Position numbers and translations under genes: made by a program. Below, piece by piece: positions 9,244 to 18,945 of a stretch of DNA of 41,777 nt. How positions within the stretch are numbered: the stretch's first letter is position 1; each line of letters opens with the position of its first letter. The DNA is from a bacterium (GTDB taxonomy: Bacteria > Krumholzibacteriota > Krumholzibacteriia > G020349025), in contig JANLSU010000052.1 in assembly GCA_031362565.1 (NCBI GenBank), forward strand, positions 1-41,777, read 5' to 3'. The notes below the pieces were generated by a model. It worked only from the letters and a program-made list of their open reading frames with translations. It made no database searches and was not told where the DNA came from.

Positions 9244-10110
9244 TCAACGGATGTCGTGCAACGCGGCGATTGCCGGTGCGGGCCGATGGCCGCGCGTCGC
9301 ATGGGGCTGCAGCGCCGGATCTTGGAGATACGTATCGGTCAGGCGGCGGCGGCGGCGGGGCAGCAGGGCGCCGGCCCGGGCGCACAAACCTTCGGCGACG
9401 AGCGTGGCGCGCTGGTGCGCCGGTACGGCGGCGAGCGGCGTTGTGAGCAGGCCGAGGCGCTGCATGCGCAGTTCGGTGACCGCAGCCAGGTGATCGGCAA
9501 AACCCGGCAGGTGGCGCCAGACCGGATGCGAGGCATCGGCGCGAGTCCGGAGTGCTTTCGACAACTGCCGCATGGCGAGCAGTGAGACCAGCGACATCCC
9601 CAAGAGCCGGCGCCGGACGCGCGGGTCGCGGGCGGCACGCGCCGTTTGCATCTCCCCGAAGGCGACGTGTGATTCCTCTTGGCGTGACGCGGTGCGCAGC
9701 AACCGGACGATTTCCGGGTCGGGAATCGTCGTCTCGAGGGCATCGAAAATGGTCAGCACGTAGCCTTCGCCGAGCGCCATCTCGAGGCAGCAGTGTTCGT
9801 CCCAGCCCGAACCCATGAGGCCGGTCGCCATGAACTTGACCCAGCGGTTGGCGGGTTGTGGTTCGACGCCGAGCCGGTCGAAGATGGTGCGAATGAGCCG
9901 CACGTGCGACAGTTCCTGGGAGCACTGCACCGCCAAGAACCGGGCGCTCGCCAGGTCGGGGGCGTTGTGGATCCAATGGCCGACCTGAATGCCGGTCACT
10001 TCGCCGTAGAGGAACTGGCTGAAGATCCATCCTAAGGCGTCGCGGTCCGCCGGCAGCGCGAACGCGGCACCCGCAAAATCGAAGCGAATTTCATCCCGCT
10101 CGAGAAGCAT
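9244..10110 (-). CDS. Ferritin-like (di-iron carboxylate) domain protein
   Basis: Ligand pattern E37, E66xxH69, E115, E145xxH148. Confidence 0.75.
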   Translation of the reverse strand: MLLERDEIRFDFAGAAFALPADRDALGWIFSQFLYGEVTGIQVGHWIHNAPDLASARFLAVQCSQELSHVRLIRTIFDRLGVEPQPANRWVKFMATGLMGSGWDEHCCLEMALGEGYVLTIFDALETTIPDPEIVRLLRTASRQEESHVAFGEMQTARAARDPRVRRRLLGMSLVSLLAMRQLSKALRTRADASHPVWRHLPGFADHLAAVTELRMQRLGLLTTPLAAVPAHQRATLVAEGLCARAGALLPRRRRRLTDTYLQDPALQPHATRGHRPAPAIAALHDIR

Positions 10111-10187
10111 GCATCCCCCAAAACGGGGCGCTGTCGCACGGTGCGCCGACCTCGGACGGTGCGCCGGGCTCGGGCGTCACGTCCGGC

Positions 10188-12257
10188 TCAGGCGTCGCGC
10201 CACACCCGGATCGAACGCACTTCGAACCGGTCGTCGAGGAACTGCACGGTCTCGCCCGCCGATTTTCCGAGAATCGCTTGAATCGCCGGCGCCAGGTAGG
10301 ACATGACCCCATTGGCGGGGTCGGAATCCCACGGCCCCAAGATGGTCAACACTTTGGTCTCGCCGCTCTTGGCGCCGTGCAGCGTCACCGTAGTTCCGAC
10401 GCGGATCCGCGTTGCGTCGATGGACGCCGGTTCGAGCGCCTTGGCGCGCCGCAACTCGTCGTGCAATGACTTGGCGCGGGACGACAGCATCTCGTGGCGG
10501 TCCCGGGCGGCCTTGTATTCGAAGTTCTCGCGCAGGTCGCCGTGTGCCGCCGCGACCCGAATCTCCTCCGCATTGCGCGGAATGTCGAACCGGGTGATCT
10601 GTTCGAACTCGCCACGCTTGCGTTCGAGCGCCTCGGTAGTCGTGTAGAGTTTCTCCTCGCCGCTCTCGCGCAGCTCGACATGCATACGCAGCACGAGTTG
10701 CCGCAACGGTTCCTTGCGGTGTTCTTCGAGGCCGACTTCGCGTTGCAGAAGCACCAACAGTTGCTCGGATTGCTCGGCGTTCAGCCGGCTCGCCAAGTGC
10801 TCGCCGAGGCCGTCGTCGAAGAGTTCGCGGAGCGGCGCCTTGAGGCCGCGGAAGGCGTCGTGGGTTTGGGCGTCGAGCAGTTTGCGAAGCAGCGCCCAGT
10901 CGCCCTTGCCCTCGAGTTCGGGCCGCCGGCGCAACTCGCGGCACAACCACACGAACAGTCGCGGCGCGATGTGCGGCCGGGCCAAAACGTCATCGGCGGT
11001 GCGATTGCGGAGCGCGCGGCCGTCGGCGTCGCCGAGCGCGTCGTATAGCACGCCCAGGGTGCGGGTGTCGGTTTCGGCGCGCAACAGCCGTCCAAACAGC
11101 TCGTGCCAGTCCTCGCGCCGTTCGCGCAGCAGGCTGATGGCACGCTCGCGCATGCTGCGTTCTTCGACGGCGGTGACAATGGGCACCGGATCCTCGACAT
11201 CGAGGAAAGCGCCCGGGTCGACACTCGTGGTGCCCGGGATTCCCAGCTTCTCGAGGGTCAACGCTGCTTCCAGGGCGAGACTCGGGTCGTCACGCCGCGC
11301 CGCTTGCAGTGTGGCGCCGACGCCGCGCGCCAACAGTTGCGCGAACTCCGGTGAACGCCCCGAATGCTTGCGCGCCAGTTCGAGCCGCTCGCGTCCCGCC
11401 GCCTTCTCGAAGGCCGACCGGAGCGCGTCGTCCGCATCGGCACCCGTAGCGCTCCAGGTGTAGGTCGGACGCTTGCCGCCCGACGATGCAAGCTTCGGGT
11501 GCGCCGACGCTTTCTTCCACCACGTGGCCCAACGCGCGTCCGGCATCACGCCCGAGAACAGTTCCTTGATTTCGGAGGCGGTGAGCGGTTTCTGCATGCT
11601 CTGGAAGACGTGCTCGAGCGCGGCGCCGGCATCGGTCTCGGCGCGCTCGCGGAGTGCCACCGGATTCTGCGCCTTCTCGAGCAGGAAATGCCCCGGTTCG
11701 AGCGCCACCAAGAGCTTCTGCGCTTCCGGGAGCCGGAAGGACATCTTGGTGCCGTCGCGGAATTCGGCCCGCAGCGTCGACAGTGCGAGATTGATTTCGG
11801 TGATCTGGCCCAAGCCCCGGCTGGTCAGCAGTACCGTCCGTCCGACGTCGAAGGACAGCCAGACTTCGACCTGCTGCAGCGCCGTGTGGGGCTCATGTGC
11901 TTCGGCGGTCTTGAAGTGCTGCAGAAGCCTTTCCAAGCTCGGCCGGTCGGCATACGCCCGGCGCATGACTTCGAAGAGCGAAGCACGCAGTTCAGCCGAC
12001 TCGGGCCAGCTCTGGAGCGCCGCCTTCACGAACCCGAGCTCGGTGCGGGGATCGCCTTGGGCGCGCATGGAAGCGAGCAACGCCGGCACGAGCACGGCGG
12101 CCCGCTCCTGCTGATTGCGCTTCAGAAGCGCTTGCAGCGTGCCCAGGAAAAATTCGGTGTCGTGCGGGGTCTGCTCCAATCGCTGCAGCCAGCGCTCTTC
12201 GATCGCGTCGTAGGACGCCGAATGAGCCAGCGCGACGATTTCCGGGTCGATTTGCAT
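10188..12257 (-). CDS. greA: GreA/GreB family transcription elongation factor with a ~530-aa N-terminal extension
   Basis: C-terminal AAAHGDLRENFEYKAAR, IRVGTTVTL, TILGPWDSDP, SYLAPAIQAILGK. Confidence 0.85.
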   Translation of the reverse strand: MQIDPEIVALAHSASYDAIEERWLQRLEQTPHDTEFFLGTLQALLKRNQQERAAVLVPALLASMRAQGDPRTELGFVKAALQSWPESAELRASLFEVMRRAYADRPSLERLLQHFKTAEAHEPHTALQQVEVWLSFDVGRTVLLTSRGLGQITEINLALSTLRAEFRDGTKMSFRLPEAQKLLVALEPGHFLLEKAQNPVALRERAETDAGAALEHVFQSMQKPLTASEIKELFSGVMPDARWATWWKKASAHPKLASSGGKRPTYTWSATGADADDALRSAFEKAAGRERLELARKHSGRSPEFAQLLARGVGATLQAARRDDPSLALEAALTLEKLGIPGTTSVDPGAFLDVEDPVPIVTAVEERSMRERAISLLRERREDWHELFGRLLRAETDTRTLGVLYDALGDADGRALRNRTADDVLARPHIAPRLFVWLCRELRRRPELEGKGDWALLRKLLDAQTHDAFRGLKAPLRELFDDGLGEHLASRLNAEQSEQLLVLLQREVGLEEHRKEPLRQLVLRMHVELRESGEEKLYTTTEALERKRGEFEQITRFDIPRNAEEIRVAAAHGDLRENFEYKAARDRHEMLSSRAKSLHDELRRAKALEPASIDATRIRVGTTVTLHGAKSGETKVLTILGPWDSDPANGVMSYLAPAIQAILGKSAGETVQFLDDRFEVRSIRVWRDA

Positions 12258-12299
12258 CGCCGTCCAAAGGTTGGGGCTTAAACTTCGTGAAACCTGGCG

Positions 12300-13772
12300 T
12301 CACACCCAGCGGGAAATGACGACCTTCTTGTCGGTGTAGAATCCGATGGCGTCCATTCCGTGCGCCTTGGTGTCGCCGAAGAACGAGCCTTTGGCGCCGC
12401 CGAACGGGAAGAAAGCCATGGGCGCCGCAACGCCGATGTTCACGCCGATCATACTGGCGTCCACATTGTAGCGGAACTGGCGTGCATGCTTGCCGTTCGT
12501 CGTGAAGATGGAAGTCGCATTGGCGAGCGGGTGGGCGCGCATGATGGCGATGGCCGCGTCGAGATCCGGGACGCGAATCATGCACAGCACCGGGCCGAAG
12601 ATCTCTTCCTGCGCGATTTGCATCTGGGTCTCGACATGATCGAAGAAAGTCGCGCCCAGGAAATTGCCTTGGGGCATTTGAGCCACGACCGGCCGCCCGT
12701 CGACCACGAGTTCGGCGCCGGCTTCGACACCCTTGCCGATGTAGCCGACGACGCGGTCCCGGTGCGGCTTCGAAATCAGCGGGCCCATTTCGGTCTTCGG
12801 GTCCATGCCGTCGCCGACGCGATAGTTGCGCGACTGGGCGATGAGCCGGTCGCGGAGCGGCTCCGCGGCGGCACCCACCGCCAGGACGACGCTCCCAGCC
12901 AGGCAGCGCTCGCCGGCATTGCCATAGGCCGACTCGGCGACCGCTTCGGCGGCATGATCCATGTTGGCGTCGGGCATGACGACGACGAAGTTCTTGGCGC
13001 CACCCAGTGCCTGCACGCGCTTGCCGTGCTCGGCGCCACGCCGGTACACATGCTGCGCGACCGGCGAGCTGCCGACGAATGACACACCCTTGATGTCGGG
13101 GTGGTCGAGGATCGCATCGACGGCGGCGCGGCCGCCGTTGACGAGATTGACGACGCCGGCCGGAAAGCCGGCCTGTTGCACCAGGTCGATCAGCAAGGCA
13201 GCGGAGAGCGGCACTTGCTCCGACGGCTTCAAGATGAAGGTGTTGCCGCAGGCGATGGCGTACGGCAAAAACCACAGCGGCACCATGGCCGGGAAGTTGA
13301 ACGGACATATCGCCGCATAGACCCCGAGTGGCTGGCGCACCGCTTCACAGTCGACGTTCTGGCCGACATCCTCCAGTGCCTCGCCCATGAGCAGCGATGG
13401 AATCCCGCAGGCACGTTCCACATTGTCGACGCCGCGCCGCACGCTGCCGCGCGCTTCATCGACGGTCTTGCCATGCTCGCGCGTCACGGTGCGCGCCAAG
13501 TCGTCGAAATGCTCTTCCAAGAGTTGCTTGAGTTTGAACATGGGGCGCACCCGCATCGCCGGCGGCGTCGCCCGCCAGGCGGGATAGGCCTCGCGTGCGG
13601 CCAACACGGCGGCTGCGACATCGTCGGCGCCGCCGAGCGGCACGCGCGCCAAAAGAACGCCCGTCGCCGGGTTGGTGACGTCTTGAAAAGACTGCGACTT
13701 CGAGTCGATCCACCGGCCGCCGACAAAATGGCCGAGTTGCCGAACCCCTGTTTCAGTGGCCTGCGGATTCAT
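12300..13772 (-). CDS. mmsA: CoA-acylating methylmalonate/malonate-semialdehyde dehydrogenase
   Basis: ICPFNFPAMVPLW, GNTFILKPSEQVP, SFVGSS, RVQALGGAKN, GNAGERCLA, EEIFGPV, PMAFFPFGG. ATG 13772 has GGAGG upstream on the minus strand. Confidence 0.92.
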   Translation of the reverse strand: MNPQATETGVRQLGHFVGGRWIDSKSQSFQDVTNPATGVLLARVPLGGADDVAAAVLAAREAYPAWRATPPAMRVRPMFKLKQLLEEHFDDLARTVTREHGKTVDEARGSVRRGVDNVERACGIPSLLMGEALEDVGQNVDCEAVRQPLGVYAAICPFNFPAMVPLWFLPYAIACGNTFILKPSEQVPLSAALLIDLVQQAGFPAGVVNLVNGGRAAVDAILDHPDIKGVSFVGSSPVAQHVYRRGAEHGKRVQALGGAKNFVVVMPDANMDHAAEAVAESAYGNAGERCLAGSVVLAVGAAAEPLRDRLIAQSRNYRVGDGMDPKTEMGPLISKPHRDRVVGYIGKGVEAGAELVVDGRPVVAQMPQGNFLGATFFDHVETQMQIAQEEIFGPVLCMIRVPDLDAAIAIMRAHPLANATSIFTTNGKHARQFRYNVDASMIGVNIGVAAPMAFFPFGGAKGSFFGDTKAHGMDAIGFYTDKKVVISRWV

Positions 13773-14021
13773 TTCGCACCCTCCAGCGCAACGAGGCAAA
13801 GGCGCCGCGATGGGGCGGCACCCGACCGGCACAGGATACCAGCCTTGGGGCAGGGAGGCCCAAGACAAAGCGTGGCCTTTTCGGGCGGTTCGAACCGCGC
13901 CGATTGGCTGGATTGACGTGCGAGCGCCGCCGTGGTGCAGTCCCAGGACCCTGCCGGGCACTCGGCGGGCCTTTTGGAGGTGCGCCGCAGGCGCCTCCGC
14001 GGCGCGCATCCAAGGAGGTCC

Positions 14022-15410
14022 ATGGTGCAAAAGGACGTACTTGCCGTCGCAACGGCGCACGCGCGCGCTTTCATCGCCGGGCTCGAAGCGCGTCCGGTGG
14101 GCCAGCAGGGCACGCACGCGACACTCGCGGCCGCCTTAGCAGGTGAGCTCCCGGAGGACGGAGTCGATGCCGCCCAAGTCGTCGACGAACTCGCTCGGGC
14201 GGTCGAACCGGGGCTCGTTGCCACCGCGGGCCCGCGTTTCTTCGGCTTCGTGATCGGCGGACGATTGCCGGCGGCACTCGGCGCCGACTGGCTGACCAGC
14301 GTTTGGGATCAGAACGCGAGCCACTATGCGACTTCGGCGGCGGCCTCGGTCGTCGAGGAGGTCGCGGCGGGATGGCTTCTCGATCTGCTGCACTTGCCGA
14401 AAACCGCCAGTGTTGGTTTCGTCACCGGCGGTCAAATGGCCAACTTCACGTGCCTCGCGGCGGCACGGCATGCGGTGCTGGCGCGGGCCGGCTGGGACGT
14501 CGAAGCGGACGGCTTGTACGGCGCACCGCCCCTGCACGTCGTTGCCGGCGCCGACGCGCACGTGACGATTCGGGCCGCTTTGCGCTACCTCGGGTTGGGT
14601 ACGAAGCGAGTGCGGCAGGTCGCGACCGATGCACAGGGGCGCATGCAAGCCGCGGCGCTCGGCGCGACGCTCGCCGGCTGTGAAGGACCGACGATCGTCT
14701 GCGCGGCAGCCGGCAATGTCTGCACGGGCGCCTTCGATCGATTCACGGAAATCGTCCCGATCGCCCATGCACGCGGGGCGTGGGTGCACGTCGATGGTGC
14801 CTTCGGGCTCTGGGCGGCCGCGAGTCCGCGTTTCGAGGCGTTGACGGCCGGGCTGCAAGACGCCGACTCCTGGGGAGTGGATGCGCACAAGTGGCTGAAT
14901 GTGCCGTACGATTGCGGTGTGGCGATCGTCGCCGACCCGAGCCCGCATCGCGCCGCGTTGAGTTCGACTGCGTCGTACATCGTGCCGTCCGGCGATGCGC
15001 GGCGCGACGCGATGGATTGGGTGCCGGAATTCTCGCGCCGGGCGCGCGGCTTCGCGGTGTACGCCGCGCTCCGGTCGCTGGGACGGCGCGGCGTCGCCGA
15101 ACTCGTCGACCGGTGTTGCATGCTGGCCGAGCGCATGGCCGAGTCGCTGGCCGCCGAACCCGGGGTCGAGATTCTGAATGATGTCGTGCTGAATCAGGTT
15201 CTGGTGCGATTTCACGCCGGCCCGGGTGAGGATCCCGGCCGCCACACCGAGAATGTCATCGCCCGGGTGCAGGCCGATGGGACCTGTTGGCTCGGCGGAA
15301 CAAGGTGGCGGGGCGCGACCGCGATGCGCATTTCCTTCAGCAATGCCACCACCACCGAAGCCGATGTGGACCGGTCGGCGGCGGCGATCCGGCGCCTCGC
15401 CCGCGACTGA
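14022..15410 (+). CDS. PLP-dependent group II (aromatic amino acid/glutamate-type) decarboxylase
   Basis: GPRFFGFVIGG, FVTGGQMAN, HVDGAFG, DAHKWLNVPYDCG; AAGGAGG RBS before ATG 14022. Confidence 0.9.
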   Translation: MVQKDVLAVATAHARAFIAGLEARPVGQQGTHATLAAALAGELPEDGVDAAQVVDELARAVEPGLVATAGPRFFGFVIGGRLPAALGADWLTSVWDQNASHYATSAAASVVEEVAAGWLLDLLHLPKTASVGFVTGGQMANFTCLAAARHAVLARAGWDVEADGLYGAPPLHVVAGADAHVTIRAALRYLGLGTKRVRQVATDAQGRMQAAALGATLAGCEGPTIVCAAAGNVCTGAFDRFTEIVPIAHARGAWVHVDGAFGLWAAASPRFEALTAGLQDADSWGVDAHKWLNVPYDCGVAIVADPSPHRAALSSTASYIVPSGDARRDAMDWVPEFSRRARGFAVYAALRSLGRRGVAELVDRCCMLAERMAESLAAEPGVEILNDVVLNQVLVRFHAGPGEDPGRHTENVIARVQADGTCWLGGTRWRGATAMRISFSNATTTEADVDRSAAAIRRLARD

Positions 15411-15494
15411 TGCCATCCCGTGGCGCCCCGGTGGCGTGGCCAACGGCGCGCGGTTATCCTGCACGAGACCGTCTTCCTTGGCCGCGGAGCGCGT

Positions 15495-17504
15495 GTGACG
15501 CAGTCGTTCACCGCACAGAATGCCCCGCGCCCGCGCCTCGGGCCTTTCGGGTACCGCGGTTGGATGCTCACCGCAATCGTTGTGGCGCTCGCGGTGCGCG
15601 TCGCCTATCTCTTCGACATTGCCGCGAACCCGTTCTTTCGGACCCCGGTCATCGACGCCGAGTACTACCATCAGCAAGCGCAACTCTTGGCGAGCGGCGG
15701 TCCGCTGCCGCACGTACCGTTCCAAATGCCGCCGCTGTATCCCATGCTCCTGTCGCTCGTGTACCGGCTCTTTGGCGCCGATCTCGTCGCGGCGCATGGT
15801 TTGCAAATTCTCTTCGGCACCGCAACCGTCGGGCTGGTGTTCGCGCTCGCGGTGCGCACCACGACGCCACGCTTCGGCCCGCGCCCAGGGCTCGCCGCCG
15901 GTCTTGTTGCCGCCGGGCTCGTTGCAACCAACCAGTCGCTCTTGTATCTCGAAGGCGATTTGCTCGCGACGCCGCTCGCCGTGTTTCTCGATACGCTGGC
16001 GCTCTGGTTTCTGGTGCGCTGGGCCATGGCTCCGGCACCGCGCCGCCCTGCAGGCCTGAGTCTCGACCTTGTCGGCGCGGGGCTCGCGTTAGGACTCGCC
16101 GCGCTCGCACTGCCACTCGTTCTGGCGTGCGTTCCGGTGTTCGTCGGGTGGATCGCCTGGCGGCGGCGGATGCCGGCGGCCGCGGCGGCCCTCGCACTGC
16201 TCGTTGCGATTCCCATCGTGCCGGTCGCGATTCGGAACCACCGTGCGAGTTCCGAGTGGGTGTTGATCAGCGCCAACGGTGGCATCAATGCATGGATGGG
16301 CAACAATCCGGACTGGCGACGAACGTCCACCCTGCGGCCCGGACCCGAGTGGCGCGCCATGCAAGAGATGCCGGTTCGCGAGGCGGGGATCGTGCCGTCT
16401 TCGGAGCGCGATCGCTGGTTTCAGCGCCAAGCAGTGCGGTATTGGACGGCGACGCCGCTCGCCGCGCTTGGATCGATCGCCGCCAAGACGCTGCTGCTCG
16501 TCCACGATCACGACATCATGCGCGACTTCGATTTCTACTATTTCCGCGCCCATTTCTCACGCCTGCTGCGGCTGCCGGGTTTCGGCTTCGCGTGGCTCGT
16601 GGCGCTCGCCGGCGTCGAGCTGCTGGTGGCGGGCGGCATGCGGCGTTGGACCGGGCGCGAGGCACGTGCGGCGGCGACGACGCCCACGGCTGGCGTGGCG
16701 CCTTTGGTGCCGCTTTTTGTCGCCAGTTACGCTTTTGGGATCGTGTTGTTCTTCGTGACGGCGCGCTATCGCGCCCCGCTCGTGCCCGCGCTGGCCGTGC
16801 TCGGCGCACCGGCGATCCTGTGGGCTGCGGCGCTCGTGCAGCGCCGCGCTTGGCGGCGCCTCGTGCCCGGCATCGTGGTCTTCGGCACCATTCTTGTTCT
16901 GGCTAAGATCGACTGGTTCGGTGTCGATCGTGTCGACGTCGCCGAAGCCGAATATCGCGTTGCCACGACCGCCGAGAAGCAAGGCCACTACGCCGCCGCG
17001 TTCGCTCAGTACGATGCGGTCTTGAAGCGCGATCCGAACCACGCCCTTGCGGCGGCGCGCGCCGCGTTTTGTGCCCAGCTCTTGGGCCAGGCGCAACAGG
17101 CTGTCGATCGCTACGAGACGTTGCTCGAGCGCCATCCCGAGTACGCTGAAGCAGCCGTCAATCTGGCGAACTTGGCGTCGCAGGGTGGGGCGCGCGATGC
17201 CGCGCAGCACTATTTCGAAGTGGCACTCGCGGCCGATCCGTTCCTGCCGCAGGCGCATGCGTCGTACGGATCGTTCTTGCTGCAAGGCGGCGATGCACGT
17301 GGCGCGGCGGCCGCTTTTGGCAAAGCGCTGGCGTACGATCCGACCTGGGAATTGCTGCGAATCGACTACGCGACGGCGCTGCTGCAAGCCGGCGATGTCG
17401 CGGCCGCGCGGCGCGAGTACGAGCGGGCCGCCGCCATTCTGCCGCGGTCCGCGGCACTCGACACGTTGCGTGCGGCGCTCGCCGCCGCACCCGCTGGTCC
17501 GTGA
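15495..17504 (+). CDS. Polytopic membrane GT-C/PMT-like glycosyltransferase with C-terminal TPR repeats (start uncertain, 15420-15564)
   Basis: D..YY, PPLYP, RN...SANGGINAWMGNNP, FFVTARYRAP, many TM segments, Ala-rich TPR-like repeats at the C-terminus. Confidence 0.8.
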   Translation: MTQSFTAQNAPRPRLGPFGYRGWMLTAIVVALAVRVAYLFDIAANPFFRTPVIDAEYYHQQAQLLASGGPLPHVPFQMPPLYPMLLSLVYRLFGADLVAAHGLQILFGTATVGLVFALAVRTTTPRFGPRPGLAAGLVAAGLVATNQSLLYLEGDLLATPLAVFLDTLALWFLVRWAMAPAPRRPAGLSLDLVGAGLALGLAALALPLVLACVPVFVGWIAWRRRMPAAAAALALLVAIPIVPVAIRNHRASSEWVLISANGGINAWMGNNPDWRRTSTLRPGPEWRAMQEMPVREAGIVPSSERDRWFQRQAVRYWTATPLAALGSIAAKTLLLVHDHDIMRDFDFYYFRAHFSRLLRLPGFGFAWLVALAGVELLVAGGMRRWTGREARAAATTPTAGVAPLVPLFVASYAFGIVLFFVTARYRAPLVPALAVLGAPAILWAAALVQRRAWRRLVPGIVVFGTILVLAKIDWFGVDRVDVAEAEYRVATTAEKQGHYAAAFAQYDAVLKRDPNHALAAARAAFCAQLLGQAQQAVDRYETLLERHPEYAEAAVNLANLASQGGARDAAQHYFEVALAADPFLPQAHASYGSFLLQGGDARGAAAAFGKALAYDPTWELLRIDYATALLQAGDVAAARREYERAAAILPRSAALDTLRAALAAAPAGP

Positions 17505-17519
17505 CGCCGCCTTGGTGCC

Positions 17520-18809
17520 TCAGCTCCGGTCGTTCAACGGGATGTAGTCGCGGTGCGCCGAGCCCATGTAGATCTGCCGCGGCCGCGCGATCTTGCGGTC
17601 GTCGTCCAGCAGTGACTCTTCCCACTGCGCCAGCCAGCCGACGACCCGTGGGATCGCGAACAGCACCGAGAACATGTCCATCGGGAAGCCCATGGTCTGG
17701 TAGATGAGTCCCGAGTAGAAGTCGACGTTCGGGTACAGCTTGCGCTGCACGAAGTACTCGTCTTCGAGTGCGATGCGCTCGAGTTCGAGTGCGATGTCGA
17801 GGAGCGGATTGCGCCCGACCTCGTCGAACACCGCATCAGCCATCACCTTGATGATCTTGGCGCGCGGGTCGTACGACTTGTAGATGCGGTGTCCGAAACC
17901 CATCAGCCGGTTCTCGCCCGCCTTGACGCGGCGAATGAACTCCGGAACCTTCGAGACATCGCCGATCTGGTTCAGCATGCGCACGACCTGCTCGTTGGCG
18001 CCGCCGTGCAGGGGGCCGGAGAGCGCCGCTACCGCCGCGGCGATCGCCGAGTACGGGTCGGCATTGGAGCTGCCCACGCCGCGCATGATGGCGGTGCTGC
18101 AGTTCTGCTCGTGATCCGCATGCAGGATGAACAGCACGTCGAGCGCGCGCTCGAGAACCGGATTCGGTTTGTGCTTTTGTTCGGTCATCTTGAACATCAT
18201 GTTCAAGAAATTGCCGGTGTACGACAGGTCGTTGTCGGGATAGGCGTAGGGCAGGCCGACCGAATGCCGGTAAGCGTACGCCGCCAGAGTCGGCATCTTG
18301 GCGATGAGCCGGTGTGCCTGCCGGCGCCGCGACTCGACGTCGAAGATGTCACGCGCTTGCGGGTAGAAAGTCGACAGCGCGCCGACTGTCGACTGCAGAA
18401 TTCCCATCGGATGCGCGTCGTGCCGGAAACCTTCCATGAACTTCTTGATGTTCTCGTGCAACATGGTGTGAAACGTGATGTCGTGGGTCCATTGCTGGAG
18501 CTGCGTGCGGCCGGGCAGTTGGGCCTCGAGCAACAAATACGCCGTCTCGAGGAAGGTGCTGTGTTCGGCAAGTTGCTCGATCGGGTAACCGCGATAGAGC
18601 AGGATGCCGCGCTCGCCATCGACGAGCGAGATGCGGCTCTCGCACACTGCCGTATTCTTGAAGCCGGGGTCGTAGCTCATCAGGCCGCGGTCGTCAGCCG
18701 TGGTTTTGATTTGAGCCAAATCGCCGGCGTTGATCGTATCCTGATAGATCGGCAGTTCGTAGGAACGGCCGGTGCGGTTGTCGACGATCGTCAGCGTCTC
18801 GCTGGGCAT
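17520..18809 (-). CDS. gltA: Citrate synthase
   Basis: YDPGFKNTA, DGERGILLYRGY, LHADHEQNCST, GPLHGGANE, LMGFGHRIYKSYDPRA, YPNVDFYSG, KIARPRQIY. Confidence 0.96.
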   Translation of the reverse strand: MPSETLTIVDNRTGRSYELPIYQDTINAGDLAQIKTTADDRGLMSYDPGFKNTAVCESRISLVDGERGILLYRGYPIEQLAEHSTFLETAYLLLEAQLPGRTQLQQWTHDITFHTMLHENIKKFMEGFRHDAHPMGILQSTVGALSTFYPQARDIFDVESRRRQAHRLIAKMPTLAAYAYRHSVGLPYAYPDNDLSYTGNFLNMMFKMTEQKHKPNPVLERALDVLFILHADHEQNCSTAIMRGVGSSNADPYSAIAAAVAALSGPLHGGANEQVVRMLNQIGDVSKVPEFIRRVKAGENRLMGFGHRIYKSYDPRAKIIKVMADAVFDEVGRNPLLDIALELERIALEDEYFVQRKLYPNVDFYSGLIYQTMGFPMDMFSVLFAIPRVVGWLAQWEESLLDDDRKIARPRQIYMGSAHRDYIPLNDRS

Positions 18810-18865
18810 TCGTGAATCTCCACGGCGGTCACGGGTGGGCACGATCACGGCATCGAGCGAGCGGC

Positions 18866-18895
18866 AGGATACCGCTCGCGGTCGCCCCGCCGCAA
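18866..18895 (-). promoter_or_regulatory. Putative sigma70-type promoter for gltA
   Basis: Minus strand TTGCGG(18895-18890)-18 nt-TATCCT(18871-18866). Confidence 0.45.
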
Positions 18896-18945
18896 CCACG
18901 TGCTTCGCAGTGGCGGGCATGGGCGGGGCCTGGTACGCTGTCGCC

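Noticed and set aside
13773..14117. N-terminal extension of mmsA in the ORF track (likewise trpC from 933, trpB from 2845, gltA to 18998, AI-2E to 33292)
   Set aside because: The extensions overlap neighbouring genes or promoters; downstream starts have an RBS, a stop/start overlap or mark where family similarity begins.
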